NCBI GenBank assembly: GCA_965218795.1 | Contig: OZ244653.1 | Span: 3,520,001 to 3,584,000, forward strand | DNA from: a bacterium | GTDB taxonomy: Bacteria; UBA8248; JACPRG01; G963555815 | DNA: 64,000 bases | Direction of reading: 5' to 3' | Part shown: positions 9,059 through 19,410 of the stretch, piece after piece | How positions within the stretch are numbered: the first letter of the stretch is position 1 | Layout: every line of letters starts with the position of its first letter | Made by a program: the position numbers and the translations under genes | The notes under the pieces: generated by a model | What the model saw: only the letters and a program-made list of their open reading frames with translations | Database searches by the model: none | Told to the model about the DNA's origin: nothing

Positions 9059-10234
9059 TCAGGGCCTCACCTTCTCCTCTTCCCACTTTCCGGAGATGGC
9101 CCGGAGGCGGGCGACGATATCGGGCAGGACCTCGACGATGTAATCGACGTCTTCCTCGGTATTGCCGTACCCGAGGCTGAAACGGAGGGAACCTTCGATC
9201 ATGTCCTTCGGAATGCCCATGGCCAGCAGGACGTGAGAGGGATCCGTATTGCCGCTGGCGCAGGCGGAGCCTGTGGATACGGCGACTCCGGCAAGGTCCA
9301 GGTTGATGAGCAGCGGCTCCCCGCCCACCGCGCGGAAGCTCATGTTGAGAGTCCCCGGCAGTCTTCTTGCGGGGTCGCCGTTGACCTCCGCCTCCGGGGT
9401 CCGTTCCTGCAGCCCTTCCTGAAGACGGTCTCGAAGGCGGGTCGCTCTCGGGGTTTCTTGAGCCATCTCATTCATGGCCAGTTCGCAGGCCTTGCCGAGC
9501 GCGACGATGCCGGCGACGTTCTCGGTGCCCGAGCGGCGGTTACGCTCTTGGTGTCCCCCATAAATGAGCGCATCCATGCTCGTTCCCTCGCGGATGTAGA
9601 TGGCGCCGATCCCCTTCGGAGCGTTGAGCTTGTGCCCCGAAAGGGCGAGAAGGTCGATGTTCATCGCGTTGACGTCGATGGGGATCTTGCCAGCGGTCTG
9701 AACGGCGTCGGTATGGAAAACCGTCCCTCGCGCTTTCGCGATGGCGCCGATCTCGGCAACGGGCTGGACGGAGCCGGACTCATTATTCCCGTGCATCACG
9801 CTGACGATGACCGTATCGTCCCGAATGGCCTTGCCGACATCTTCCGGGTCGATCACCCCCGACCGGCCGACGGGGACGTACGTGACCTCGACGCCCCTCG
9901 TTTCCAGGTATTTGCAGGTTTCCAGGACCCCGGGATGCTCAATGGTCGTTGTCACGACGTGCCGGCCTTTGGCCTCGTTGGCCGCGAGAACACCCCGGAT
10001 GGCCATGTTGTCGGATTCCGTTCCGCAACCCGTGAAGACGATCTCCCTGGCCCGGCCCCCCAGCAGCGCGGCCGTCCGCTCCCGGGCTTCCTCGACGGCC
10101 ACCCGGGCATCCTGGCCTTCGGCGTGAACGCTCGAGGGATTGGCGTAGCGGTCCTGATAATAGGGCAGCAGGGCTTCCAGCACCTCCGGCCGGACAGGGG
10201 TCGTCGCGTTGTGGTCCATATAGATCCGGCGCAA
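9059..10234 (-). CDS. iscS: Cysteine desulfurase (IscS/NifS group)
   Basis: YMDHNATTP, HTDAVQ, SGHK (PLP Lys), RSGTEN, STGSAC. Confidence 0.95.
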   Translation of the reverse strand: MRRIYMDHNATTPVRPEVLEALLPYYQDRYANPSSVHAEGQDARVAVEEARERTAALLGGRAREIVFTGCGTESDNMAIRGVLAANEAKGRHVVTTTIEHPGVLETCKYLETRGVEVTYVPVGRSGVIDPEDVGKAIRDDTVIVSVMHGNNESGSVQPVAEIGAIAKARGTVFHTDAVQTAGKIPIDVNAMNIDLLALSGHKLNAPKGIGAIYIREGTSMDALIYGGHQERNRRSGTENVAGIVALGKACELAMNEMAQETPRATRLRDRLQEGLQERTPEAEVNGDPARRLPGTLNMSFRAVGGEPLLINLDLAGVAVSTGSACASGNTDPSHVLLAMGIPKDMIEGSLRFSLGYGNTEEDVDYIVEVLPDIVARLRAISGKWEEEKVRP

Positions 10235-10364
10235 GATGAATCACTCCCTTTGGTTTCCACCCTGACCATTCATTATCTGCCCGGCCCCATAGACCGTCAA
10301 CTTGGGTTGATGAATCGCATGACTCGCTCGCTGCATTGCTGATTCCATATGGCACTGGAGGTTT

Positions 10365-11426
10365 TCACTCGGAGAGGTCGTCCGGGGAACCCGGAGATGG
10401 AACCCGGCGTCTGAAGAAAGCTCCCCCGCCCGGGTCAAAGCGCGCGGGGAGGATGAAAAAGAGCCCGCCGCACAAGCGGAGAATGGTGGCCAGGGCAAAT
10501 TCCGTCACCGCGACGCTCAACATGATTTCCGGCGGGATCCCCAACGGCTGGGACAGGGAGACATAGGTCAGGTCCCGGACCCCGAGACCCGTGATGCTGA
10601 TGGGTAATCCGGATGCCGTCATGGCCACCGGGATCAGTGCCAGAAAGAAGCCGAATCCCGTCTCCGCGCCGAGCCCTCGCGCCAAGACGAAGACAGCCAG
10701 GATGTTGAACAAGTGGCCGACCGTGGATACGCCTAATACCCACGGAAGGTTTCGCGGGTGTCGTATCAGAAGGAAGAGGTTCTCCTGTAATCCCTGGAGA
10801 GTCTTCTTGATCCTGGGTCGTCGCAGGAGGGGAAGCCGGGTCAGGTCTTCGGTCACCCGTTGGGTGCTGAGAAGGCCCAAACCCCCGATGAGCAGGATGT
10901 AGAAGATGCCGGTATCGATCAACAGGTCCACCGCTTCAGGCCGCAGTAATGCCCCCCTGAAGATGATCCAGGCCAGAAAGACGTTGAGGATTTGCCCGAT
11001 CATCCCCGCAACCCGGTCGACGGCGACGGTGGCGAAGGCCGCGTTCACCCGCCGATCCCGGCGGGAGACCGCCCAAATCCGCCAGGCGTCCGCACCCAAT
11101 GTTCCGGGTACGAGTAAATGGAAAATGCCGGATGCCCATTGGATCCGGAAGGTTTTCCAAAACGAAAGAGGGCTTTCCCGCGAACGGAGAAGAATCCAAA
11201 ACCTCGCACTGCGCAGCAGGATGAGGGCGAGAAAGAGAAAAATGAAGGCGAGAAGCAACAATTCCCAATCGAGGCGCGACAGTGTTGTCTGAAATTTATC
11301 CAGACCCACCCAGCGAAGGACCAGAGCCAGAATGATCAGACTCACCCCGGCCCGAACCCACGGGATCCATTTGCCTTTTCGCCGTGAATCGGCGGGGGCG
11401 GATGGGTCTTGTCGGTGGTTTGCCAA
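10365..11426 (-). CDS. UPF0104 / lysylphosphatidylglycerol synthase TM-domain (flippase-like) protein
   Basis: Multi-TM; PGTLGAD, VAVDRVAG, LPISITGLGVRD. Confidence 0.85.
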   Translation of the reverse strand: MANHRQDPSAPADSRRKGKWIPWVRAGVSLIILALVLRWVGLDKFQTTLSRLDWELLLLAFIFLFLALILLRSARFWILLRSRESPLSFWKTFRIQWASGIFHLLVPGTLGADAWRIWAVSRRDRRVNAAFATVAVDRVAGMIGQILNVFLAWIIFRGALLRPEAVDLLIDTGIFYILLIGGLGLLSTQRVTEDLTRLPLLRRPRIKKTLQGLQENLFLLIRHPRNLPWVLGVSTVGHLFNILAVFVLARGLGAETGFGFFLALIPVAMTASGLPISITGLGVRDLTYVSLSQPLGIPPEIMLSVAVTEFALATILRLCGGLFFILPARFDPGGGAFFRRRVPSPGSPDDLSE

Positions 11427-11651
11427 AACACTTCTCTCAGTGGCGGGCTGCTTCAGGCAAACGGCTTACAGTACCATAACGCCTCGAGGCCGGGTTTGCT
11501 CTCCTTCGGAATCTTTGATAAACCCATGGCCCTGAAACGGCTTGGGTTCGGTCTCTCCTGTTCCCGTATTCTCGGTCATTCCTTTATGAATAGCGACGGA
11601 ACCAACGCGGATTGCCTTCCCCGGATCCGCAAATACACGGGATGCTTATCT

Positions 11652-11731
11652 GCGACGGCGTGCGAGGCACGCCATCGCGAAACAAAAGTTTTCCGGGGTG
11701 GGGTGCCGGCTTTCAAAAAGGTCCCCCAAGA
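11652..11731 (+). repeat. Intergenic hairpin repeat, copy C
   Basis: Close match to copy B, including CGCGAAACAAAAGTTTTCC and GCCGGCTTTCAAAAAGG. Confidence 0.8.
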
Positions 11732-11819
11732 GATTCAATCATTTTCCAAGGCGCGTTGCCTCCAGAATGCGCCCCCCCGCATGTTGTCAAATGTCAATCG
11801 CTCGGATGAATAGCATAGA

Positions 11820-12095
11820 ATGAAACCCGACTGGACCGACCTGGACTTTGTTCTTCACGCGATGGAAGAGGCCTGCCGCAAACTGGGCGTGGAGATTCGC
11901 TATGAGGATTTCTCTTCCGATGAAATCCGCCCGGTTTCCGGCCGCTGCAGGCTGTTGGGCGACGATCTGATTTTGGTCGACCGGGGGCTGAGTGCCGCGG
12001 AGCGCATCCGCGCCCTGCGGGGGGCCATGGAGGGGCTGAACGTGGAGGAGATTTATCTCCCTCCCGCTGTGCGCGAGATCCTGGAGTCGAACTGA
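11820..12095 (+). CDS. Small conserved hypothetical protein
   Basis: LGVEIRYE, GRCRL, IYLPPAVRE; stop overlaps next start (TGATG). Confidence 0.75.
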   Translation: MKPDWTDLDFVLHAMEEACRKLGVEIRYEDFSSDEIRPVSGRCRLLGDDLILVDRGLSAAERIRALRGAMEGLNVEEIYLPPAVREILESN

Positions 12096-12826
12096 TGCCC
12101 AAGCCGCGTATCGGCATCACCTGCGAGCGGGAAGAGCGCGATTCCATCCGATCCTTTGCCCTGGTTCGCGAGGACTATGCCTCCGCCGTGACGGAGTTCG
12201 GCGGCATCCCGCTGCTTGTGCCGGTCCTGCCCGAGGAAGACCCGGACCCGGAGATCCTCGAGTCCCTCGACGGTTTGATGGTTACGGGAAGCGGATTCGA
12301 TCTGCATCCCCGGTGGTTCGGGGAGCGTCCTCACCCCAAGCTGGGTCCGCTCAACAATGCCCGGTTCGATTACGAGATCGAGCTGCTCAAGATCGCCCTG
12401 GAACGGCCTGTCCCCATCCTAGCGATATGCGGCGGGTGTCAGGCGATGAACGTGGCCGCCGGCGGAACGCTCTATCAGGACATCGGTTCCCAGCTTCCCG
12501 GCTCGCTCCGTCACAAGGCGCCGCGTTCCGTTCGCCACGGGGTCCAGATTGTCCGGGGGGCTCGGCTCGCGAAGATCTTCCGGGGTCTCACCGGCCGGGT
12601 GAACACCAGCCATCATCAGGCGATTCGGGACACGGCCCCGGATTTTTCCGTCGCTGCCCGCGCAAGAGACGGTGTTATCGAGGCCATCGAGAAAAAGGGC
12701 CCCTCTTTCATCGTGGGTGTCCAGTGGCATCCGGAGATCATGTACCGGAAAGACCGGGACGCCGCCTCGCTCCTCTCGGCCTTCCTCCGGGTCGCGAAGT
12801 CTTTTTCAACGGAAAAACGGAAATAG
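12095..12826 (+). CDS. Gamma-glutamyl-gamma-aminobutyrate hydrolase family (peptidase C26, PuuD-like)
   Basis: PILAICGG, VNTSHHQA, GVQWHPE triad. Confidence 0.9.
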   Translation: MPKPRIGITCEREERDSIRSFALVREDYASAVTEFGGIPLLVPVLPEEDPDPEILESLDGLMVTGSGFDLHPRWFGERPHPKLGPLNNARFDYEIELLKIALERPVPILAICGGCQAMNVAAGGTLYQDIGSQLPGSLRHKAPRSVRHGVQIVRGARLAKIFRGLTGRVNTSHHQAIRDTAPDFSVAARARDGVIEAIEKKGPSFIVGVQWHPEIMYRKDRDAASLLSAFLRVAKSFSTEKRK

Positions 12827-12844
12827 AACGATTTCGCGTACGAT

Positions 12845-13571
12845 TCAATTTTTTCGGGCCAGGGTGATCAGCGAAGCGCCTATCGGGAGGTTGGAAATGC
12901 GCAGCCAATTCGCTTCCAGGGCGGACAGGCCGATCAGCATTCGGTTGACGGAGGGGGGCACGTCATAAAAATCGTCCCCAAGCAAATCTTCGGCCGTCTT
13001 CAGCCATCGTAACGCAGGCCGGAGGGTTGCCATGACCGGATACAGGTAAGAGTAAGGTATAGCTCAGCCGGTGCACACGGAAACCGGAATCCGAGAGCTT
13101 CGTTTGCAGTTCGGATTTGCGGTAGCGTCTCTGGTGATGACAGAGCTCGTCGTGAGGTCCCCAGAGGTGCGGGTGCGCGGGAACCGTGACGATGAGCCGG
13201 CCGCCGGGTGCGAGGACGCGCTGCCATTCCGAGAGGGCCTTCCGGTCTTCGGGCAGGTGTTCGAGCACCGTCTGAAGCGATCAGCGTGTTGAACACCCCG
13301 TCCCGGAACGGAAGATCCATGACGGAGGCGAGAGCCAGACCGCATTGGAAACCCGTTTCCGGCTGTTCGCCACCGCTACTCCCGAGACATCGATTCCAAA
13401 GGACGAATCCGCCTGCCGGGCGACCTGCTGAAACAGGGCACCGGTGCCGCAGCCCAGATCCAGCAACCTCCCTCCCGACCCTGCAAGCTCCTGCACCAAG
13501 CGGTTCTTTCCCACGTACCACCAGTAGGTGTCCTCAATTTCGGAAATTTTCTGTTCGAATTTCGGGTCCAA
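12845..13571 (-). pseudogene. Class I SAM-dependent methyltransferase, three frameshifts
   Basis: EDTYWWY..LDLGCGTG / LPFRD / VLEH..TVPA..HDELCHHQRRY / GASL segments lie in successive frames. Confidence 0.85.
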
Positions 13572-13972
13572 ATTCCGGAAACGTCTTTATGACAAGCGAT
13601 TTCGAAATCGGCCGGGAGCTCGGGGCACCCACCCTCTGATAAATGCCGATTTTAATATGCTTCAGGTGGATCGACAAGGTTTGCTTTGGGTGTGATCGAT
13701 TGGTGATCTGATGACCGAACATGGGTCGTTGAGACACAATGGCAGGTCACGAATGGGAGGGCTCGCTGCCCTGCGGCGGGTCGCCGGCAATCGGGAAGAG
13801 GCAAGATTCGGCCTTGCGGCCACCTGATGGATCGGGGAGTTGGAGACCTTCCCTTTTTCGCCCCGAGATCCTCACCTTCCGGGATATAATCCCTTGTTCT
13901 CGAATTGTAAGTGGGGTATGATAATAATTTGAATTCTTGTGCCTTGAGGCCGATGGGAAGTAAAGATTCGGG

Positions 13973-15922
13973 ATGTGCGGGATCTGTGGAAAAGCGGTCT
14001 TTGGAAACGGCGGACACGAGGGCGTAACAGAGCCGCTCCTGCGCGCGATGTCTCGTCGGATGGTTCACCGGGGACCCGACGGCGAGGGAACGATGCTTCG
14101 GCATTACCCGGATTTGTCTGTCGGTCTGGGCCATCGAAGGCTCAGCATCATCGACCTGAGCGACGCCGGCTCGCAGCCCATGTCCAATGAGGACGGCACG
14201 ATCTGGGTGGTCCTGAACGGCGAGATCTACAACTTCGTCGAGCACCGCCCGATTCTGGAATCCAAGGGGCACCGTTTCCGCTCCCGCACCGACACCGAGG
14301 TCATCCTCCACCTTTATGAGGAACACGGCGAATCCTTTGTGGATCACCTGCGAGGGATGTTCGCCATCGCCATCTGGGACGAGCCGAACCAACGCCTTGT
14401 CCTGGCGCGGGATCGCCTTGGGCAAAAACCGCTTTTCTACTCCGAGTCGGGTGGGACGTTCCGGTTTGCTTCCGAGATCAACAGCCTGCTTGAAGACCCG
14501 GACCTGGATCGGGAGCTGAACTTCAACGCCCTGGTCGATTTCCTTACGGTTTCCTATATCCCCGCGCCTTCGTCCATTTTCCGCAAGGTCCGAAAGCTTC
14601 CTCCCGGCCATCGGCTGGTGTGGGAAAAAGGGAGGAGCCGAATCGAGCGGTATTGGGCCCCTCGGGTCGGGGAAAAATGGGTGGCGACGAAGGAGGAATA
14701 CGCCGAAGGCATACGCGAGCGAGTGGAGGAGTGCACGAAGCTTCGCCTGGTCAGCGACGTACCGCTGGGCGCGTTGCTGAGCGGTGGAATCGATTCCAGC
14801 GTGGTCGTCGCGACAATGGCAGGTCTCATGGATCAGCCGGTGAAGACCTATTCCATCGGCTTCGATGTCGCAATCTTCAACGAACTGGAATTCGCGCGGG
14901 CCATCGCCGAGAAATACGGGACGGACCACGAAGAGTTCATCGTTCGGCCCAACGCCATCGAGATCCTGCCGCGCCTGGTCTGGCATTTCGGCGAGCCCTT
15001 CGGCGACTCCTCCGCCCTGCCGACTTTTTATCTGTCGGAGATGACCCGCCGGCACGTGACCGTGGCCTTGAACGGGGATGCGGGCGACGAAACCTTTGGC
15101 GGCTATGAGCGCTACGTCGCGACGGGGCTGGGCGTCCGTCTCGATCGTCTTCCGCTGGGTCTGCGCCGCGCCCTCCGGACCGTGCTTCGGGGATTGCTCG
15201 GCAATCCACTGCACGAAAAGGGGGTGCGTCGGAGGTTGCGCCGGTTCTCCGACACGCTGCTTCTTGCCCCCCGGGACCGGTACTTCCGGTGGGTATCCGT
15301 GCTTCAGAAGGAGATGCGGCACCGGCTGCTCTCCGGGAGCCTGGAGGCTTCGTCCAACGGAGCGGGGGAGCATCCGCTTCAAGAGATCTTCTCCCGTGTC
15401 CGGGACGACTGGCGGGTGGAGGACCCGGTGGAGAGGGTCATGACCCTGGATCTGGAGAGCTACCTGCCCTATGACCTGCTGGTCAAAATGGACATCATGA
15501 CGATGGCCCACAGCCTGGAAGCCCGTTCCCCGTTTCTCGATCACAAGTTCGTCGAGATGGCCGCTTCAATTCCGGTCCACATGAAAATCCGCCGGGGAAA
15601 GACCAAGTATATCCTTCGCGAGGCGTATGCCGGGGTTGTACCGGAGCGCGTTCTGGGACGGGGGAAAATGGGCTTCGGCGTCCCGCTGGCGCGATGGTTC
15701 CAGGGGGAGCTCCGCGAATACATGCGCGAGATTCTGCTGGACCCCGCCTCTCTCCGTCGTGGATATTTCCAGGAGGAGGCCTTGACCGGCCTGCTGAATG
15801 ACCATGTCGAGGAGCGGGAGGATCACGGGTTCCTGATTTGGAACCTGCTGGTCCTGGAGCTGTGGCACCGAACGGTTCTGGAGGGCCAGGGGAAGCCCGA
15901 TTCGGCTTCTATCGCCGCCTAG
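13973..15922 (+). CDS. asnB: Asparagine synthase (glutamine-hydrolysing) family amidotransferase
   Basis: MCGICG, HRGPD, LGHRRLSIID, NGEIYN, LSGGIDSS, LEARSPFLD. Confidence 0.95.
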   Translation: MCGICGKAVFGNGGHEGVTEPLLRAMSRRMVHRGPDGEGTMLRHYPDLSVGLGHRRLSIIDLSDAGSQPMSNEDGTIWVVLNGEIYNFVEHRPILESKGHRFRSRTDTEVILHLYEEHGESFVDHLRGMFAIAIWDEPNQRLVLARDRLGQKPLFYSESGGTFRFASEINSLLEDPDLDRELNFNALVDFLTVSYIPAPSSIFRKVRKLPPGHRLVWEKGRSRIERYWAPRVGEKWVATKEEYAEGIRERVEECTKLRLVSDVPLGALLSGGIDSSVVVATMAGLMDQPVKTYSIGFDVAIFNELEFARAIAEKYGTDHEEFIVRPNAIEILPRLVWHFGEPFGDSSALPTFYLSEMTRRHVTVALNGDAGDETFGGYERYVATGLGVRLDRLPLGLRRALRTVLRGLLGNPLHEKGVRRRLRRFSDTLLLAPRDRYFRWVSVLQKEMRHRLLSGSLEASSNGAGEHPLQEIFSRVRDDWRVEDPVERVMTLDLESYLPYDLLVKMDIMTMAHSLEARSPFLDHKFVEMAASIPVHMKIRRGKTKYILREAYAGVVPERVLGRGKMGFGVPLARWFQGELREYMREILLDPASLRRGYFQEEALTGLLNDHVEEREDHGFLIWNLLVLELWHRTVLEGQGKPDSASIAA

Positions 15923-15996
15923 CGGAGAGAGAGGACCCTTTCGCGGGCGGAATGAAGCACTCGAACCGGATGCCGTGGCTGGCGGTCTGAATTCTG

Positions 15997-17841
15997 ATGA
16001 AGGAAGCTGCACCCCCGATGTTATTCTACTTGCTGCCTTTTCTGTCGGCTTTTCTGTTGGCCCTGATTGTGACCCCCATCGTCCGGTGGACGTCGATCCG
16101 GAGGGGGTGGGTCGCTCAGCCCCGGCTGGACCGATGGCACCAGCGTCCCACAGCGCCCTTCGGGGGCATTGCCATCTTCTTGTCCGTCATGGGTTCGTTT
16201 CTTTACTTCGTTCCGATCGAAAACGACAAGAGCCTGCTCGGAATCCTGGTGGGCGGCAGCTTTATGTTCGTCGTGGGTCTGATTGACGACATTCGCAAGG
16301 CCCCGCCCCACGCGAAGCTGATGGCTCAACTTGTAGGCGCCTGCACGGCGGTCTACTCCGGAATCTATTTCGAGATCATCCCCAAGCCTATATCCATACC
16401 GCTCAGCATATTCTGGATTGTCGGGATTACGAACGCCTTCAACCTTATCGACAACATGGACGGGTTGTCGGCCGGTATCACTGTCATCTCCGCCGGGATG
16501 CTGTTCACCTACTCCGTGTTGAGCGGAGAGGTCTTCATCGCGCTGGTCTGTTTGGCCCTGGCGGGTGGCGCATTCGGATTCCTGGTCTACAATTTCAATC
16601 CCGCCCGAATCTTCATGGGCGACTCCGGAAGCATGTTTATCGGATATCTCATATCGATTCTTGCGATCATCGGTACGGCCAATCACGTGTCCAACCTCGC
16701 GGCCACACTGATCGTCCCGACGATGGTTCTCGGGATCCCTATTTTCGACACGGCGTTCGTCGCACTGCTGAGGCGCTTACGGGGACAGGACATCTCCCGG
16801 GGGGGGCGGGATCATACCTCCCACCGGTTGGTGACCCTCGGATTGAGCGAGCGAAAGACCGTCCTCCTGATTTACGCCGTCAGCACCATCTTCGGGCTGG
16901 GCACTTTTTTCTACGCCCGGGTCGATATCCCGCTGTTGATCATTCTGGCGGTTCTGATAGCCATCCTGATTGTCGTCATTGGAAAGTTCCTGAGCGAGGT
17001 CAAGTTGGATGCGGCCGGCGAGGCCCCGGATTCGCAGAATGGCGGGGGGGGGGCCTCGGGCGCTCGACCCAGACCGGTATTGATCAACGCCCTGGTGGTC
17101 TACAAGCGGCAGTTTCTCGAAGTCCTATTGGATTTTTGCCTGATTTGCATCTCTTATTACGTGGCCTTTCTACTCCGGTTCGAGGGCATCGCGCCCGACT
17201 GGTACATTGATCTGTTCTTCGAGTCGCTGCCGGTTTTGATCGCCATCAAGCTCGGCTGTTTCTTCTATTTCGGTCTTTACCGGAATGTTTGGCGCTACGT
17301 CAGCGTTGAAGACCTGGCCGCCATTGCCAAGGCGGTGACCCTGGGCTCCCTGATCAGCATCATCTTTTTCATTTATCTGAGCCGATTTCAGGGACACTCC
17401 CGCGCGGTGTTCATCATCGATTGGGGCCTGCTGCTGCTTCTGGTTGCGGGAATCCGGCTTTTATTCCGCGGGCTTCGGGAGTATTTCTCCCGAAGCTGGC
17501 CGGCCAGAAAGCGCGTCCTCATCATGGGCGCCGGCGACGCCGGCGAGATGCTCCTTCGGGAACTCCGCAACAATCCCCAGATGGATTATCAGCCGGTTGG
17601 TTTTTTGGATGACGATCCGGAAAAGCACGGCTTGGAGATCGGGAGCGTCCCCATCCTGGGGGCCCGCCAAGTGATGGTCCGGGAGGTCCGGCGCCTGCGA
17701 ATCGATGAGGTGCTGATCGCCATTCCTTCGGCCGGGCCCGATCTTTTGGACGACGTCCTCCGCTATTGCCGGGAGGCCAAAGTTCCCTTCCAGCGGCTCG
17801 CCGGAATCCTGGAGCCAATGGGTCTGGCGCAGAACCCGTGA
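15997..17841 (+). CDS. WecA/TagO (MraY-like) phosphotransferase fused to CapD/PglF-type N-terminal membrane and Rossmann-like domains
   Basis: GLIDD, NAFNLIDNMDG, FMGDSGS, DHTSHRL; then GLYRNVWRY, GAGDAG, GFLDDDP. Confidence 0.85.
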   Translation: MKEAAPPMLFYLLPFLSAFLLALIVTPIVRWTSIRRGWVAQPRLDRWHQRPTAPFGGIAIFLSVMGSFLYFVPIENDKSLLGILVGGSFMFVVGLIDDIRKAPPHAKLMAQLVGACTAVYSGIYFEIIPKPISIPLSIFWIVGITNAFNLIDNMDGLSAGITVISAGMLFTYSVLSGEVFIALVCLALAGGAFGFLVYNFNPARIFMGDSGSMFIGYLISILAIIGTANHVSNLAATLIVPTMVLGIPIFDTAFVALLRRLRGQDISRGGRDHTSHRLVTLGLSERKTVLLIYAVSTIFGLGTFFYARVDIPLLIILAVLIAILIVVIGKFLSEVKLDAAGEAPDSQNGGGGASGARPRPVLINALVVYKRQFLEVLLDFCLICISYYVAFLLRFEGIAPDWYIDLFFESLPVLIAIKLGCFFYFGLYRNVWRYVSVEDLAAIAKAVTLGSLISIIFFIYLSRFQGHSRAVFIIDWGLLLLLVAGIRLLFRGLREYFSRSWPARKRVLIMGAGDAGEMLLRELRNNPQMDYQPVGFLDDDPEKHGLEIGSVPILGARQVMVREVRRLRIDEVLIAIPSAGPDLLDDVLRYCREAKVPFQRLAGILEPMGLAQNP

Positions 17842-19391
17842 TGACGGCCTTTTCCCTGAATCATCAATCCCTCCGTTCCCTGGATTGGCATCTGGCCCGG
17901 GGGCCTCTCATTGTCACTGTCGGGATGGCGCTTGCCGTCGCCCTGTGGTCGCATCGTTTGTTCGATCTTCCCCTGGAGTTGTCCTTTCTGTTTACCCTGC
18001 CCGTCGTATTGTGTTTCGGGTTTATCCTCTGGCGCCCCGACATTGCGCTTCCGCTGGCGCTGTTCGCGCTGCCTCTGGTGAACATCCATTTTGAGCTGGG
18101 ACTGGCGGACAAAACCCTGTCTTTCGATAAATTGATGCTGTTCGCGCTGACGGCAGGCTGGATTCTGAGGAAACTTTTTCTCCGGCAATGGCTCCTTCCC
18201 CGCGACCCGATTCTGTCCCTGTGGTGGATCTGGCTGGCCGTCCAGTGCATGACGGTCCTTATGACCCGGAGCCACATTGGAAACCAGCTTTGGTATCTGG
18301 CCGAGCAACTTTCCTATGCAATCTTCTTTATTATCTGTCTCGACGTGTTCAGGGACCGAAGCGCCATGCATTCGGCCCTTCAAGCGATTGTGGCGTCCGG
18401 GTGGGCCGTCGCACTGTTGGGGGTGGCGCAGCGGGCGATTCAAATCCCGTTTGGCAAGGACCTTTTTCACCTGACCTATCCCTCGATCGGAAAGTGGGAG
18501 ACTGAATTCGGATCGACCATCGGGCATCCTAATTTTTATTCGGCCTTTCAAATTCTTTCCATTCCCCTCACGTTCTGGGCTCTGCGCGAGTCCCGCGGCA
18601 TATGGCGGGGATTTTTCCTGTGCATGCTGGTAGTGCAATGTGGTTCGGTCTTTGTGGCCAAGAGCATCGGAGGAGTGGTCGGGCTGGCAGTGGCGGCCGT
18701 CGTGGGATGCTGGTGTACGGGACGGCGATCCTGGTGGGTTCTGGGTCCCGTGTTCGCGGCTGTCGGGGTCGTCGTCGTCCTGTGGGTCGTGCAGGCGAGA
18801 GATCCGGTCGGTCTGGACCGTTCGATTCTGACCCGGACTCACATTCTGAGGATATCGCGGCATATCTTCTTGGAACGGCCCTTCTTCGGACACGGCCTGG
18901 GTTCTTTCACCCGGATCTTTCCGAATTACGAGCTGGTGTACGGCCGTGAGCGCCTGGTCGGAGAACTTGGCAAATGGCGGGATTTTCCGAGAAGCGTTTC
19001 ATCACACAACTGGTTCCTGCGGCTGATCATCGAGGGCGGAATTGCGAGCCTCCTGACGTTCCTCGGCATCATCGGCTGGGTGCTGGCCGCCCGTTGGTAT
19101 TCCCTGCGCTTACTACCTTTGGCCTCTCCCCCGGCGGATGAAGGCCTCCCCCCTTCGACTGGAGAAGGGCTGAAGACGCAGGCTGTTTACACCCCGTATT
19201 ACAAGCGCTCCCTCCATCTCGCCCTGGCAACGGTTTTGGTGGGATTCACCGTCCAGGCGTTTACCGACGAGTTGTTTGCCTATTCCAAAATCGCTTTGAT
19301 CTTCTGGGCTTTGACGGCGGTGGGCGTGACCTTGGACATCAAATCACGCGAGCCGGACGGACATTGGATCCATCCGGCGGAAGACGATTGA
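17838..19391 (+). CDS. O-antigen ligase/polymerase (Wzy_C) family protein
   Basis: Many TMs, STIGHPN, PFFGHGLG, SHNWFL. Confidence 0.8.
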   Translation: MMTAFSLNHQSLRSLDWHLARGPLIVTVGMALAVALWSHRLFDLPLELSFLFTLPVVLCFGFILWRPDIALPLALFALPLVNIHFELGLADKTLSFDKLMLFALTAGWILRKLFLRQWLLPRDPILSLWWIWLAVQCMTVLMTRSHIGNQLWYLAEQLSYAIFFIICLDVFRDRSAMHSALQAIVASGWAVALLGVAQRAIQIPFGKDLFHLTYPSIGKWETEFGSTIGHPNFYSAFQILSIPLTFWALRESRGIWRGFFLCMLVVQCGSVFVAKSIGGVVGLAVAAVVGCWCTGRRSWWVLGPVFAAVGVVVVLWVVQARDPVGLDRSILTRTHILRISRHIFLERPFFGHGLGSFTRIFPNYELVYGRERLVGELGKWRDFPRSVSSHNWFLRLIIEGGIASLLTFLGIIGWVLAARWYSLRLLPLASPPADEGLPPSTGEGLKTQAVYTPYYKRSLHLALATVLVGFTVQAFTDELFAYSKIALIFWALTAVGVTLDIKSREPDGHWIHPAEDD

Positions 19392-19410
19392 ATCCGCCCT
19401 TGGGCCGCAG

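Noticed and set aside
13652-15544. 630-aa minus-strand ORF (likewise 43499-45508, 57251-58903, 47624-49042, 30126-31466, 9008-10342)
   Set aside because: Antisense shadows of well-supported genes in high-GC DNA; no motifs
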